This document shows, in pieces, positions 23,173 to 33,108 of a DNA stretch of 51,014 nucleotides. Every line of letters starts with the position of its first letter. Positions within the stretch are counted from its first letter, which is position 1. Below the pieces are notes generated by a model. The model was not told where the DNA came from. It saw only the letters and a list, made by a program, of their open reading frames with translations, and made no database searches. The DNA is taken from the NCBI GenBank assembly GCA_032718475.1, contig JAUCBJ010006771.1, forward strand, positions 1 to 51,014. Direction: 5' to 3'. This DNA comes from Nemertoderma westbladi. Its lineage: Eukaryota; Animalia; Xenacoelomorpha. The translations under genes were made by a program, and so were the position numbers.

Positions 23173-26100
23173 TACTACTACTACTAGGTCGAGCGAACTC
23201 GGACAGTGGAAATGAGATCCTTCCAGGCTTCCCGATTCTCCATAGTTGTCGCAATTTCGTTTCTCCCAAGTTCAGTATCCCTTTCAAGTTGATCTATATA
23301 TGTTATGGCAGGTCGTCCACGACTACGCTTTCCATGAGTTGGTTGCCAGAGAAGTAGATCTGGTATGACCTCGTCTTTACTTCGCCAGCAGTGCCCACTG
23401 AATCTTAATCTGCGTTCACGGAGGGTGGTTGATACAGGTGGTATTGTACCATAAAGCTCGGCGTTTGTCATGTGTTGTCTCCAGCTGATGTTTAGGGCTG
23501 CCCTTAGTAGTCTTGTGTAGCAACCATCAATTCGTTGTTCAAGTGATTTAGTCAGTGTCCAGGTCTCACCCCCGTATAAAAATACACTTTCCACTGTGGC
23601 TCGAAAGAACTTGGTCTTCAGGTGCCTGGAGAGATCTGATTTCCAGATGGTATCCATTTTTGATAGAGCTACCCAAGCCTTTGCTTTCCTAACTTCTATG
23701 TCCTTTTTGCTACTCTCTATCCATGATCCAAGATACTGGAAATCATCGACCTGCCTTAGTTGATTATTATCAATGGTTGTCAAGTTTCCATCAACATTAA
23801 AGGTCATGAATTCGGTCTTGGTATCATTTATATGCAATCCAACCTCCTTAGCAGCCCTCTCCACTTTATTTAGTAGAAGCTGTGCATCTGCTAGCGTATT
23901 AGAGAGCAGGGCGATGTCATCCACAAAGTCGGTGTCTGTGACTGTAGTTGCCAGATATCTACTACTTCTGCATTCTTGAAGTGTGAATCCCAGATCTTCA
24001 CCCTTTGTGGCCGTCCTCATTGCGTAATCCAGCACAATTACAAATAGTAATGGTGCTAATGTGTCACCTTGCAGTACGCCAGCCAGGATTGAGAAAAACT
24101 CAGTTTCACCATCTGGTGAGAGTACCTGCGCTTCTGTGTCACAATATAGCAATCCAATGCCAGCAACAATTACTTCTGGTATTTCATAAGCTCTTAGGAT
24201 TTCAAGCATTTTACCTCTATGGATGGAGTCGAATGCCTTCTTGAAGTCCACAAAAGTCATGACTGCGGGGAGATTCTTTGACTTAATTCCTTCAATCAGT
24301 CTCCGTAGTGCAAGTATCTGAGCTATTGTTGATCTACTTGGTCGAAATCCGTTTTGGCTCTTACGCAGTAGTTTCTCTATGTGTGGCCTAATCCTATATA
24401 GAATCATTTTATTGTATATTTTGGCAGCTACCACAAGCAGACAGATCCCACGATAGTTTGTTGGTATGCCGAGGTCTCCTTTCTTGGGGAGAGGCTTTAG
24501 TTGACCTTTAGTCCAAATTGGTGGTGGCTTTTCCCCTTTTAACATCCGGTTGCAAACATTCAATAATGGTCTATTTAGCACTCCGGTTTTCCATACCTCC
24601 ACTGGGATTTCATCTAATCCACTCGCTTTATTATTGGACATGCTTTTAATGCTTCTTTGGAGTTCGGCAGGTGTGAAGTCCCCTGTTTCTATAGGTAGTG
24701 TCTTGTCATATATTTTCCTTGTAGGGCTGACCTCGATGTTTGGTGGCTGCCCAAGCAAGTTGCTGAAGTGATTTTTCCAATTCCCAACACGTTCTTCAGG
24801 ACTATCGGCTTTGAGGCGCCCCTTTGCACAACTTTTCCGACCAGATACCTCATTTACAGTTTGCCAGGTAAGTCTTGATTGTTGCTGTATGTGAGCAGTT
24901 GTAATTGCTTCAGTTTTATCCTGTATGTACTTTTCCTGGCTGATGTTGTAGGCCAATTTAAGATCGTCCTTAGCTTTCTCAACCTTGTTAATGTTTTCGG
25001 TTGTTGGTTGTTCGGTTTTAACTTTGTAGATCTTCTCTCTTACAAGTAACCTCAGAGTTTTGCCATGGCACATACTGTTTTCGTTTAGGTTTCTGGGGGT
25101 TATGCCTCTTAGCTGATTCCTTGTGGGCTGTTATTATATTCTGGTATATTGAATCGGTGGATTGGTCTTCATCCATTGACTGAAGTGCTTCAAAGTGGTT
25201 TTGAACTTCTACTGTATAAGCATCCTTTACAGCATTGTCAGTTCTGAGTTTCTCCCAGTCATAGTTGATTTGCTTGCTTGTCCTGGGTTTGCTGGCTCTC
25301 AAACTGAGTCTGATCTCTGCAGTCACAATTCTGTGGTCCGAACCAATTAGGTTGAACGAGCTGTATGCCTCGCAGTTGATCATGCTATTTCTCCACTTTT
25401 TGTTTATAAGGATGTAATCCAGTTGTGCTTTGGTTCCATTAGGGTATTGAAAGGTCCATAGCTTCCCTTTACTCTTTTCGAATGATGTGTTTTTTGGTAT
25501 CAATTCACATTCTTCCATTAGGTCTAAGAGTAAGTACCCATTTCTGTTAGAACTGGTGTTATAGGTGTAACCCTTGATGTCTTCTGGGCCAATTTGCGCA
25601 TTCAGGTCACCAGCAATGACTTTAACATTGTGTTTCGGGATGTCCTTAATAAGTCCAGTCAGTTCTTCATAAAACTTGACTGCTTGTTCTGGCTCTGATG
25701 CATTGGTTGGACTGTAGCAACATATAACTGTTGTCTTGGGATTCCCATCAAATGTTGCGATCATAACCCTGGAATTTATAGATTCGATGTTGTTTAGGGT
25801 CTTAAGTGCAAATGGGCTTAGCAGAATTCCTACTCCACCAATTGATGCATTGGCCGAGTTTCTTACTGCTGAGCTTGTTACTAGCGTCCATCCATTTCCA
25901 ATGTCATTGTACTTCATGGCAGTGTCTTCATGACAAATCCGGTGTTCTTGGATGCAGATGATGTCGATGTTATATTCCATTGCCAGAGCGACCATGTCAC
26001 CCTGTTTGCTCTGTGTTTTCAGCGTGCGTGCGTTCATTGTAGCAATCTTTAGTGTCTTTTTACATTTCAACAGGTTGGTTCTTCTTTCTTCTCTGTCTTC

Positions 26101-26700
26101 TGTTCCAGTAGCCAATTTATCGAACCCAGCCTGGTGTACCACTGAGGGACGCGGTCCTTGTTGACCCGGGCGACGACCGAGCCGGTATTTCTCCTGGAGG
26201 GTTCTCATACTCATATCTTTCAGTTGCGGGGGTAAACCGCTTGTGGTCGCAACTCCTACAAGCGTCTTCGCAGTAGGTCGCCGTTGGTTGATTACCTTCC
26301 GCCGACCTTGTCAGCATGTCTAGCCGTTGGTTGATTACCTTCCGCCTATCCATGGCCTACAGCCCTGCTGCCGACTGTAGGGGTCCATTTGTTACACCCT
26401 GAACCAAGTGTGCCTCCTGGGTTAGGTTACCTAACACTGGTAGAGGAGCATCCAGTATAGACAGCGCGGGGCTTGTATTATCTCTAATGCAGATGCGTAT
26501 CAAGCCTTTGCCTTCAATGGTGCCCTAGGCGCTATAGCCCTCAATGACTTATTTAGTTGACGGGGCTGAACCAACCCACTCTTGATCAACTAAATAATGA
26601 ATAGGCTATGCTTATCGGGCCTGCCCTACTGGGCTGACAGCTACAGGTAGTACCACATTACTGCCATAGTTGTAGCAGGATCTGGGGACCTGACCTGACC
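23173..26700 (-). mobile_element. RTE-clade LINE
   Basis: Single APE-RT ORF; the stop codon runs straight into a (TAG)n tail at 23173-23186; C-terminal RSRGRPAITYIDQL motif. 5' boundary approximate. Confidence 0.9.
23184..26214 (-). pseudogene. RTE ORF (AP endonuclease + RT) with one frameshift near 25030
   Basis: ATMNARTL, CIQEHR, GDLNA and SDH in 25018-26214; NYRGI, VDFKKAFD, GVLQGDTLAP and FVDD in 23184-25073. Confidence 0.92.
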
Positions 26701-27099
26701 CCATAACAACTATAACAATAATAACTTTCATAATAACTTTCAGAATAATAACTTTCATCTTCTTCCATAAACTCCTCGATCTCCAGTTCCCTTCACCAGA
26801 CTCAACTCCTCTATGATTTGGTAATCATTTGTATGGGCCGTTTGCACAGTTCGTACTTAAGACTGAGTTGTTCCATGAAGTCCTTATTGATGATTGTTAT
26901 CCGATCTGTAACGCTTATCCAGTGCCTCCAACGCATCCATGTATGCATTGCCGGAGTTACCTTTGTAACAATGGATCGATCTTCTTTGTTTATCTCCGAG
27001 ATATAGGTATACCATTTCCAAACATTGATTATTTCTGTATATCCCACCTCGGTTCAAAGTGTTTCTTGGATCTCAGGAAACTCGTAGAATCTCCATAGA

Positions 27100-27240
27100 T
27101 AGATGGATTTATTTATACATTATGTAAAAACAATAACAAATACACCAAACAATGTACCGGTATAAAGGTATTGTCCAACGTAACATATAGGAGTACCCCT
27201 AAAGCTTTTCAGGTTATTTCCAAGGGGTCCTTTATGTTAC
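27100..27240 (-). mobile_element. Short 3'-end fragment of an L2-like LINE
   Basis: Minus-strand GGACCCCTTGGAAATAACC...AGGGGTACTCC stem-loop similar to the one at 36197-36244, followed by AATAAAT and short tandem tail-like units. Confidence 0.45.
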
Positions 27241-27573
27241 TTGGTTACAAATACAATATTACACTACGCTAACCTAAAACCAATATAGAACGTAATTACG
27301 CTATGTACATGTACAACTTTGCAGCTTTGTATCCCCAATTTAGTCATTGAGAGGTGGTTTTCCAGTGCACCAATTATATTGACATCCATCGATGTGGGTT
27401 TACACATAGTGTTAAAATGTCCAGTGGAACTGCCGATGTATGAGGGATCCACTTGGATTTCAGATCGATGCGCATTATCTCGCCGAGGTTGTTGTGGTAT
27501 TGATGTACTCTGACCAGAGAATGCTGATGCTCGATGCCTTTTCAGGCTCACTCTCTGCCATTTGCCTGTCAAT

Positions 27574-27830
27574 GAATGGGAGAATCTTTTAGGCTCATTA
27601 AGCCAAGGAATGCCTGTTCAACACCATGGGTGATCTTCCACAGTAAACCCTTCCACTCTGTTTCCCAAGTTGCCTTGTTTCCCATTTATCGACCACTGAA
27701 GGATGAAAGCCGGGGTTGGGCTAGGCTGCAGCATTTAAAGCACTGTGCCCAAACAGTGCTGCCCCATCTAGGGATCGAACCCGGGCTCCGTAATCGGAAG
27801 CACAGTAATGTCACCACTAGACCAAGCTGC
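27574..27830 (-). mobile_element. tRNA-derived SINE with a conserved central domain (Meta/MESC-like)
   Basis: A box TGGTCTAGTGG, B box GGTTCGATCC, central GCTTTCATCCTTCAGTGGTCGATAAAT; 11-bp TSD TGCCTGTCAAT at 27563-27573 and 27831-27841. Confidence 0.88.
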
Positions 27831-28114
27831 TGCCTGTCAATTGGATCTGCTTCACCTTCTTGGTTCTCTTCCGGGATGAATTCTGGGTCTGGGGGAGAGA
27901 GTTTGGAGGTTCTAAGGGTAGGTTTCCTTGAAAGGAGTTTTCTCCAACTCTAGGATTGGAATAGGGTGGTACTTTTGCACGATCCCCTTTTCCTTGTTCT
28001 CCCTCCAATGACAATTCGTCTGTTTGACATCGATTTATATAGGTTTATACGGAGTGTTGAAATGTCCCGGTGCGCTGCGATGGGGGATCCACCTGGATTT
28101 CTGTTCGGCGCCGG

Positions 28115-28758
28115 TTACTTTGTTATGAGTCCATACGGACAGTCATTCCCGCCTGTTGTAGGTGGGTCGCTCTGTGAGTTTGTGGAGATTGTGCTACAAA
28201 ATCTAGACTCGGATTGTCCAATGGATTGATGGTCTCTCCTCTTAGCTGACTGTCTCGTAGTGACTGTGGAGGCGGTCTCTGCTCCACTTTCATGTTTGCG
28301 ATACAAATGTTCCATGTATTTTTTAACAAGTTGCGATTTGAGGATTTGGGTGTGTTGGTTCCGGAATTCGTCAAGGTGTTGTATATGTTCCTTGAGTTTC
28401 AGTTTATTTTTGCTGTTGTCATTCGGGATAATGTTGTTGTATGCCCTGGTCGACAAATCGTATTTGCGGATAGCATTCTGGTATTTGTTGCAGTTGGTGG
28501 AGGATCTCACTGATTGAGGAGTACGAACGCCGCAACAGAGTCCTGATCCTAGAGCTGGCCCCTGTGATGAGCCATGTGAGAGTTCTGAGTTAGCGGGCAG
28601 AATTTTGGACATTGGGTTCCAGGGTCTAATTCGGAGTTGGTTATCACTCGTAGTAGGCATTTCCTCCATTTATTTGGATTCTGCTCATCCAGCGATGCAA
28701 GCGATGGCGTAGAAAAGTTACTTGTAGGTATCATATTAGGATCTGTCGACTCGGACAT
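28115..28758 (-). pseudogene. Unassigned decayed ORF, possibly a retroelement N-terminal region
   Basis: Overlapping ORFs of 69 and 184 aa with a helical K/Q-rich segment; no diagnostic motif. Confidence 0.25.
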
Positions 28759-29409
28759 TAATTCTAAACGGTCCCTGGTTCGTTCCCTTTATTTCAACTT
28801 CGATGTTTTAGATTCCTTCCTTGACTTGGGTTAACTCAATTGGTGTAATCGATACGTCCATTCCTCATAGAGACCATTAAGGGGGGGGGGGGGGGGGGGG
28901 GGTATACCCCCCCTTGAACCTTTTTTTTAAATGGCTCTCAATTAGTGTTAAATGATAATATTGCTATTTAGTCATGGTCAACCACTGTATGGAAGGCCAA
29001 ATAGCCTTTATAGTAAAATTTGAAAATTTGTGGCCTCCTCCTAGCGGCTGGCGGCTGAATTAAAGATTTCACTAAAATTGCTACTAGTCCCTAAATTTTG
29101 GTGCAAATTTCTTGAAACCAACTTTTTTGGACTCAGCGTGATCGACTCTACAAAAGTTATCTTATAGAATTTTTAATTAGCCAATTTTATTTTAATTAAT
29201 TAATTTAAATAATTAATTATCATATTTTTAATTAAAAATGGCTAATTAGAAAAAATGGTAATATTTATCAAAATTCCATAAGATAACTTTTAAAGAGCTT
29301 CCAAAGCTCGTTGGAATGAGCCATAAACCAAGAAAGTTGGTTGAAAAATGACGGAGAAGTAGTAATTTGAAAATGAAAAATGTCATTCCGAGAAAATGCC
29401 CTTCAAAGT

Positions 29410-29953
29410 TGTTGTGGAGAATCTTCCTAGCCACTTTTTACTTGGAGAAAAACACTTCCTGTACGAGCCCACACTTTATACAGTGTAATAACAGTTTTAT
29501 TGTAATTATATGTTACACACAGTTATTAATTAGAGACAATCACAGAATGCAAATATTAACGAGTGGGAGACACTCGTCAGAAATAGTGTTTCCACCACGG
29601 CTATTTCTCTATCCCCGCTCTCTGGGGGGAAAGAGTCAAAACTGGGGCCATAATGGAGAAACTACTTTATCTTATCAATTATCATCTCTGCCATTCCATG
29701 TGGCGCGGGCGGTGGCATTCTGTGATTGGCTCGCTCCTTCCTACATTACAAACCCATCACCATTAACCAATAATAACATCCCTAGTACTAGTTGGGAGAT
29801 TGCCAAGATGCCCTTACTTCGATTTCCTACTTATATTATCAATATTGAATCTAAAGTCGTTATATTGAATGGGGCGAGCCTTAAGGTCCTTTACAACGTT
29901 TTGAGAGAGGATAAAACTACTTTGTTATATATATCATCATTTCTTTCGTTACA
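29410..29953 (-). repeat. BEL/Pao 3' LTR (544 bp)
   Basis: TGTTGTGG...CGTTACA; matches 44693-45239 apart from about four substitutions and one small indel region. Confidence 0.96.
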
Positions 29954-29963
29954 AACTCCCCCC
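29954..29963 (-). other. Polypurine tract
   Basis: GGGGGGAGTT on the minus strand immediately before the 3' LTR TGT. Confidence 0.85.
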
Positions 29964-30381
29964 AAAGTTAAGCTTGCTAAACTTTCAACAACAAAAAAAA
30001 CAAAGAAATTATTTTGTACCAAAACTATAAAACCACCTTATGTTAAGATCAATTAAATTTAGCAATGATTATATTAGATATACCACACAACACTATTTAT
30101 ATTTTGTTTATTTTGATCGCTTCCAGCCAGTCAACTATTCGCCAACATGGATGGTAAACTCCCATGAACATTTCTTGGGGCCCATGTCGCCTACTGGGTT
30201 CATTTTCGCTCACGCAAAATTATAAAAAACTTTTACAAAATTCAACGACCAAAAGGCTAAAGGCTTGCAGCAGTAGGACAAAACTCAGTCCAAAATAACA
30301 ACTAAAAAAAAACAACTAAAATTAACAAAGGGATTAAGTAAAGAGCTGACAACTCATCGCTGTTATCACTATTGGTGTCAT

Positions 30382-30893
30382 TTAAATTCCGTATGAGTCC
30401 GCTTTCGACAAGGTATCCTTGGCAACTTGGTCATACTCCCGCGTACCCGCTAGGCTCCACCATATATATCTGGGGACCGACGTCGGCCCCTACAGCCGCC
30501 AGGGTTATAGTCGTCAAACGGCCGTATACCCGAGTACAGGGAGCGAGGGTGTACGTATTCGCGAACTTCCAATGGAACGCGGACTCCGTAGGATTCCCGG
30601 TAATCCGCCATCTCATCCCGCGCGTATTCCACGAGCATTAAATAGTCTGTTAGTAACCCAGCGACCGAGGCACCAACACCTTCCTCTAGGTGGAACAGAC
30701 GGGTTATCGACTGCACATCCGTTTCGTGGAGTTTCGATTGGATGAATTTCTCGACGGCCAGAATGACTCCATCGCTTCCTCGTAACGCCACGATGGTGCC
30801 GTTATTCTCCACCGCTTTCTGAGCGTACTCCACTTGGAAAACTTTACCGTCCAGAGAGAACTGCGACGCAGAAAGATCGTAATCTGATCCCAT
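30382..30893 (-). pseudogene. PSMA3: Intronless 20S proteasome subunit alpha-7 (alpha type-3) homolog inside the LTR element; frameshifted and internally deleted
   Basis: YDLSASQFSLDGKVFQVEYAQKAVEN, DGVILAVEK..SKL, VGASVAGLLTD and YVH..SLYSGIRPF match the PSMA3/Pre10 signature. After a frameshift at ~30515 it continues TTITLAAVGADVGPQIYMVEPSG. A third frame gives REYDQVAKDTLSKADSYGI*, which resembles the C-terminal helix. Confidence 0.9.
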
Positions 30894-31596
30894 TAACTCA
30901 TATCATATCGTAATATAACTGGTACATAAAATCTTTACTTAATCAAAGTCTCTGACCTAATTTACAGTAATAAGTTAAAGACCTATTAATCTACATTTAT
31001 TATACACCACGTATCGGAACATTTAGTGATTAAATTAAATTTCTCGAAATATTTAAACTAATTTTAATTTATTTATGTTACTTTTTTACACACAAATATA
31101 TAAACTCATTCACAAACATAATATCCAGATCACGGATGGGAGACTTTAAGAGCCCGCTCCCCCCATGTTCCTAGGACCTCCTGGTGCCCTGTTAATTTAA
31201 CCGTTTAAAATCCCCAGGGACGTCTCCCTACTGTTTTGGGAAATTAAATAAGGTTCCTCCGTATTTCAACGGAACCATATGAATGGGTCTTATTCACACC
31301 TGCCCATAATGGCATAGTTCTGTCTGTCGTTATTGACAAAACACTTAGTTTAATTTAATTAATTAATTCATTCATCATACATTCATAATCATAAATTATT
31401 CAAATGTTATTAATATTATTTAATATCACCACTATTTATTATATTAATTTCGCATTACATCACTCAAACTCACATTCATTCTAATTTATTAATTATTATA
31501 TTTCAAAAAATATGAAATCGAGAAACATAATTTAAAAACTAGGCCTATTAATCTACTTACTAAATCCTATACCCTCCCCCCTTATGTTACGAGATT

Positions 31597-33108
31597 TTAA
31601 ATAGCTTGCTCAAGCAAGCAACATTTGTTTACTGGTCTTTTCACTGTCTTTTTACCACTGTTTACAGTTTTTAATTCGACGGTCCAGACATGGCCGTCCG
31701 ACCCTGCGAAAGTATTTATGACCCTCGCTAATTCCCAGTCGTATTTAGATAAAGTATCTTCTGTCACCAGTACGAGATCGCCTGGTTTCAAGTCACAGCG
31801 TTCTGTGCGCCATTTTTGTCTAAAGTGGAGGGTTGGGAGATATTCCGACATCCATTGTTTCCAGAATATTCGACTAATCTCTTGGACAACCTTCCACCGC
31901 TTCCTGCTATACAAATCATTCTCGTAAAACAGATTTCGGTTTATTATCTGAACTGGTTTACCCATCATCAAGTGGCTGGGTGTAAGCACTTCATAAGAAG
32001 AAGGATCGTCGGTTGTCGCGCTAAGTGGAAGTGAGTTTATAACGTTTTCAGCCTCAGCAAAAACTGTACGCATTTCATCTTCATCTATACATCTGTTTCT
32101 AGTCGAAACCTCAATAATACGTTTACAACTGCCTACCAGTCGTTCCCAAACGCCTGAAGAGTGGGGGGCATAAGGGGTATGGAAGTGCCACTCAATCTCC
32201 TTGCTGTTTGTCATAGCTCTAACTTCCGATGATCTGACAGCCTGATATAACTTTTTTAATTCCTGGCTGGCACCAACAAAGTTTGTACCATTATCGGAAC
32301 TTATTCTCTTTATGCCCCCGAACCTAGAACTAAATCGACGGAGCGCGTTTATGAATGCGCTAGCGCTAGCATCTTTAATTAACTCAAGGGCTAAAGCTCT
32401 TGTGGTATAACACACGAAGATGCCTCCCCATCTCTTCTCGTACCTCCTCCCTACTTTCACATTTATGGGACCAAACAAATCTACGCCCGCATTGGTAAAC
32501 GCTGGTTGGAATGCAGTTACTCGTCCAGGCGGTAGCGGCGACATTATTTGTTGAACTCGTTCTCTTTTAATACCCCGGCAAATCACACATTTTGCCACAT
32601 AACCTTTAATACGATGTCGCACTGCAGGTATCCAATATTTTTGACGTATTCGCGATATCGTAGCCTCCACACCACCATGTAACACCGTACAATGTGCTCC
32701 CGCTATGATTTTACCAACTATAATTGAATCCTTAGGTATTATTATGGGACTTGTTGGCACTATTCCACTGGGCGCATTTAATAGACGCGATCCTAAACAA
32801 ATTAAACCGTCCCTCATGATGGGACTGAATGTTCGTAGGTTACTGTCATGGCGTATTGTCTTTCCTGCCGTTAACAAGTTCACATCGGATTTGAAACCCT
32901 CTCTCTGGGCATGCCGCAATATTGCCCACTCTGCCCCCTTAATATCAATCACAGGCTTTGTTGAACGATCCATACGGAGACGCACCAGTGCTCGTAGGTA
33001 TGCTACGCGTTTGCAAGTTCGATACCAAGTGTCATCATAACGAAGGTCTTGTTCAGTAGGGGTAACAACATCAGTTAACATGTTGGCCATGTTAATCATG
33101 TTGGCCAT
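31597..33108 (-). CDS. BEL/Pao integrase (HHCC, DDE core, DUF5641-like C-terminus)
   Basis: AHCTVLHGG..CVIC, GVDLFGP, SDNGTNFVG, GVWERLV, FWKQWMSEYL. Frameshifted relative to RT-RH near 33100. Confidence 0.93.
   Translation of the reverse strand: MANMINMANMLTDVVTPTEQDLRYDDTWYRTCKRVAYLRALVRLRMDRSTKPVIDIKGAEWAILRHAQREGFKSDVNLLTAGKTIRHDSNLRTFSPIMRDGLICLGSRLLNAPSGIVPTSPIIIPKDSIIVGKIIAGAHCTVLHGGVEATISRIRQKYWIPAVRHRIKGYVAKCVICRGIKRERVQQIMSPLPPGRVTAFQPAFTNAGVDLFGPINVKVGRRYEKRWGGIFVCYTTRALALELIKDASASAFINALRRFSSRFGGIKRISSDNGTNFVGASQELKKLYQAVRSSEVRAMTNSKEIEWHFHTPYAPHSSGVWERLVGSCKRIIEVSTRNRCIDEDEMRTVFAEAENVINSLPLSATTDDPSSYEVLTPSHLMMGKPVQIINRNLFYENDLYSRKRWKVVQEISRIFWKQWMSEYLPTLHFRQKWRTERCDLKPGDLVLVTEDTLSKYDWELARVINTFAGSDGHVWTVELKTVNSGKKTVKRPVNKCCLLEQAI

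Noticed and set aside
27760-27830. tRNA gene
   Set aside because: The A and B boxes belong to a SINE head with body and TSD; no clean cloverleaf.
28881-28902. Poly-G run as a G-quadruplex regulatory element
   Set aside because: It is the expanded left TIR of the TTAA element, and homopolymer length is error-prone.
29367-30056. 229-aa plus-strand ORF and its 250-aa twin at 44692-45444
   Set aside because: Both are read through the LTR with no recognisable domain; their similarity simply reflects LTR duplication.
30220-30430. Transmembrane extension of the alpha-7 ORF (LYLIPLLILVVFFSCYFGLSFVLLL) past the TGA
   Set aside because: It lies beyond a stop in T-rich sequence that gives hydrophobic residues by chance; another frame matches the PSMA3 C-terminal helix better.
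30382-30893. Functional host PSMA3 locus
   Set aside because: Intronless, frameshifted, internally deleted and enclosed by LTRs.
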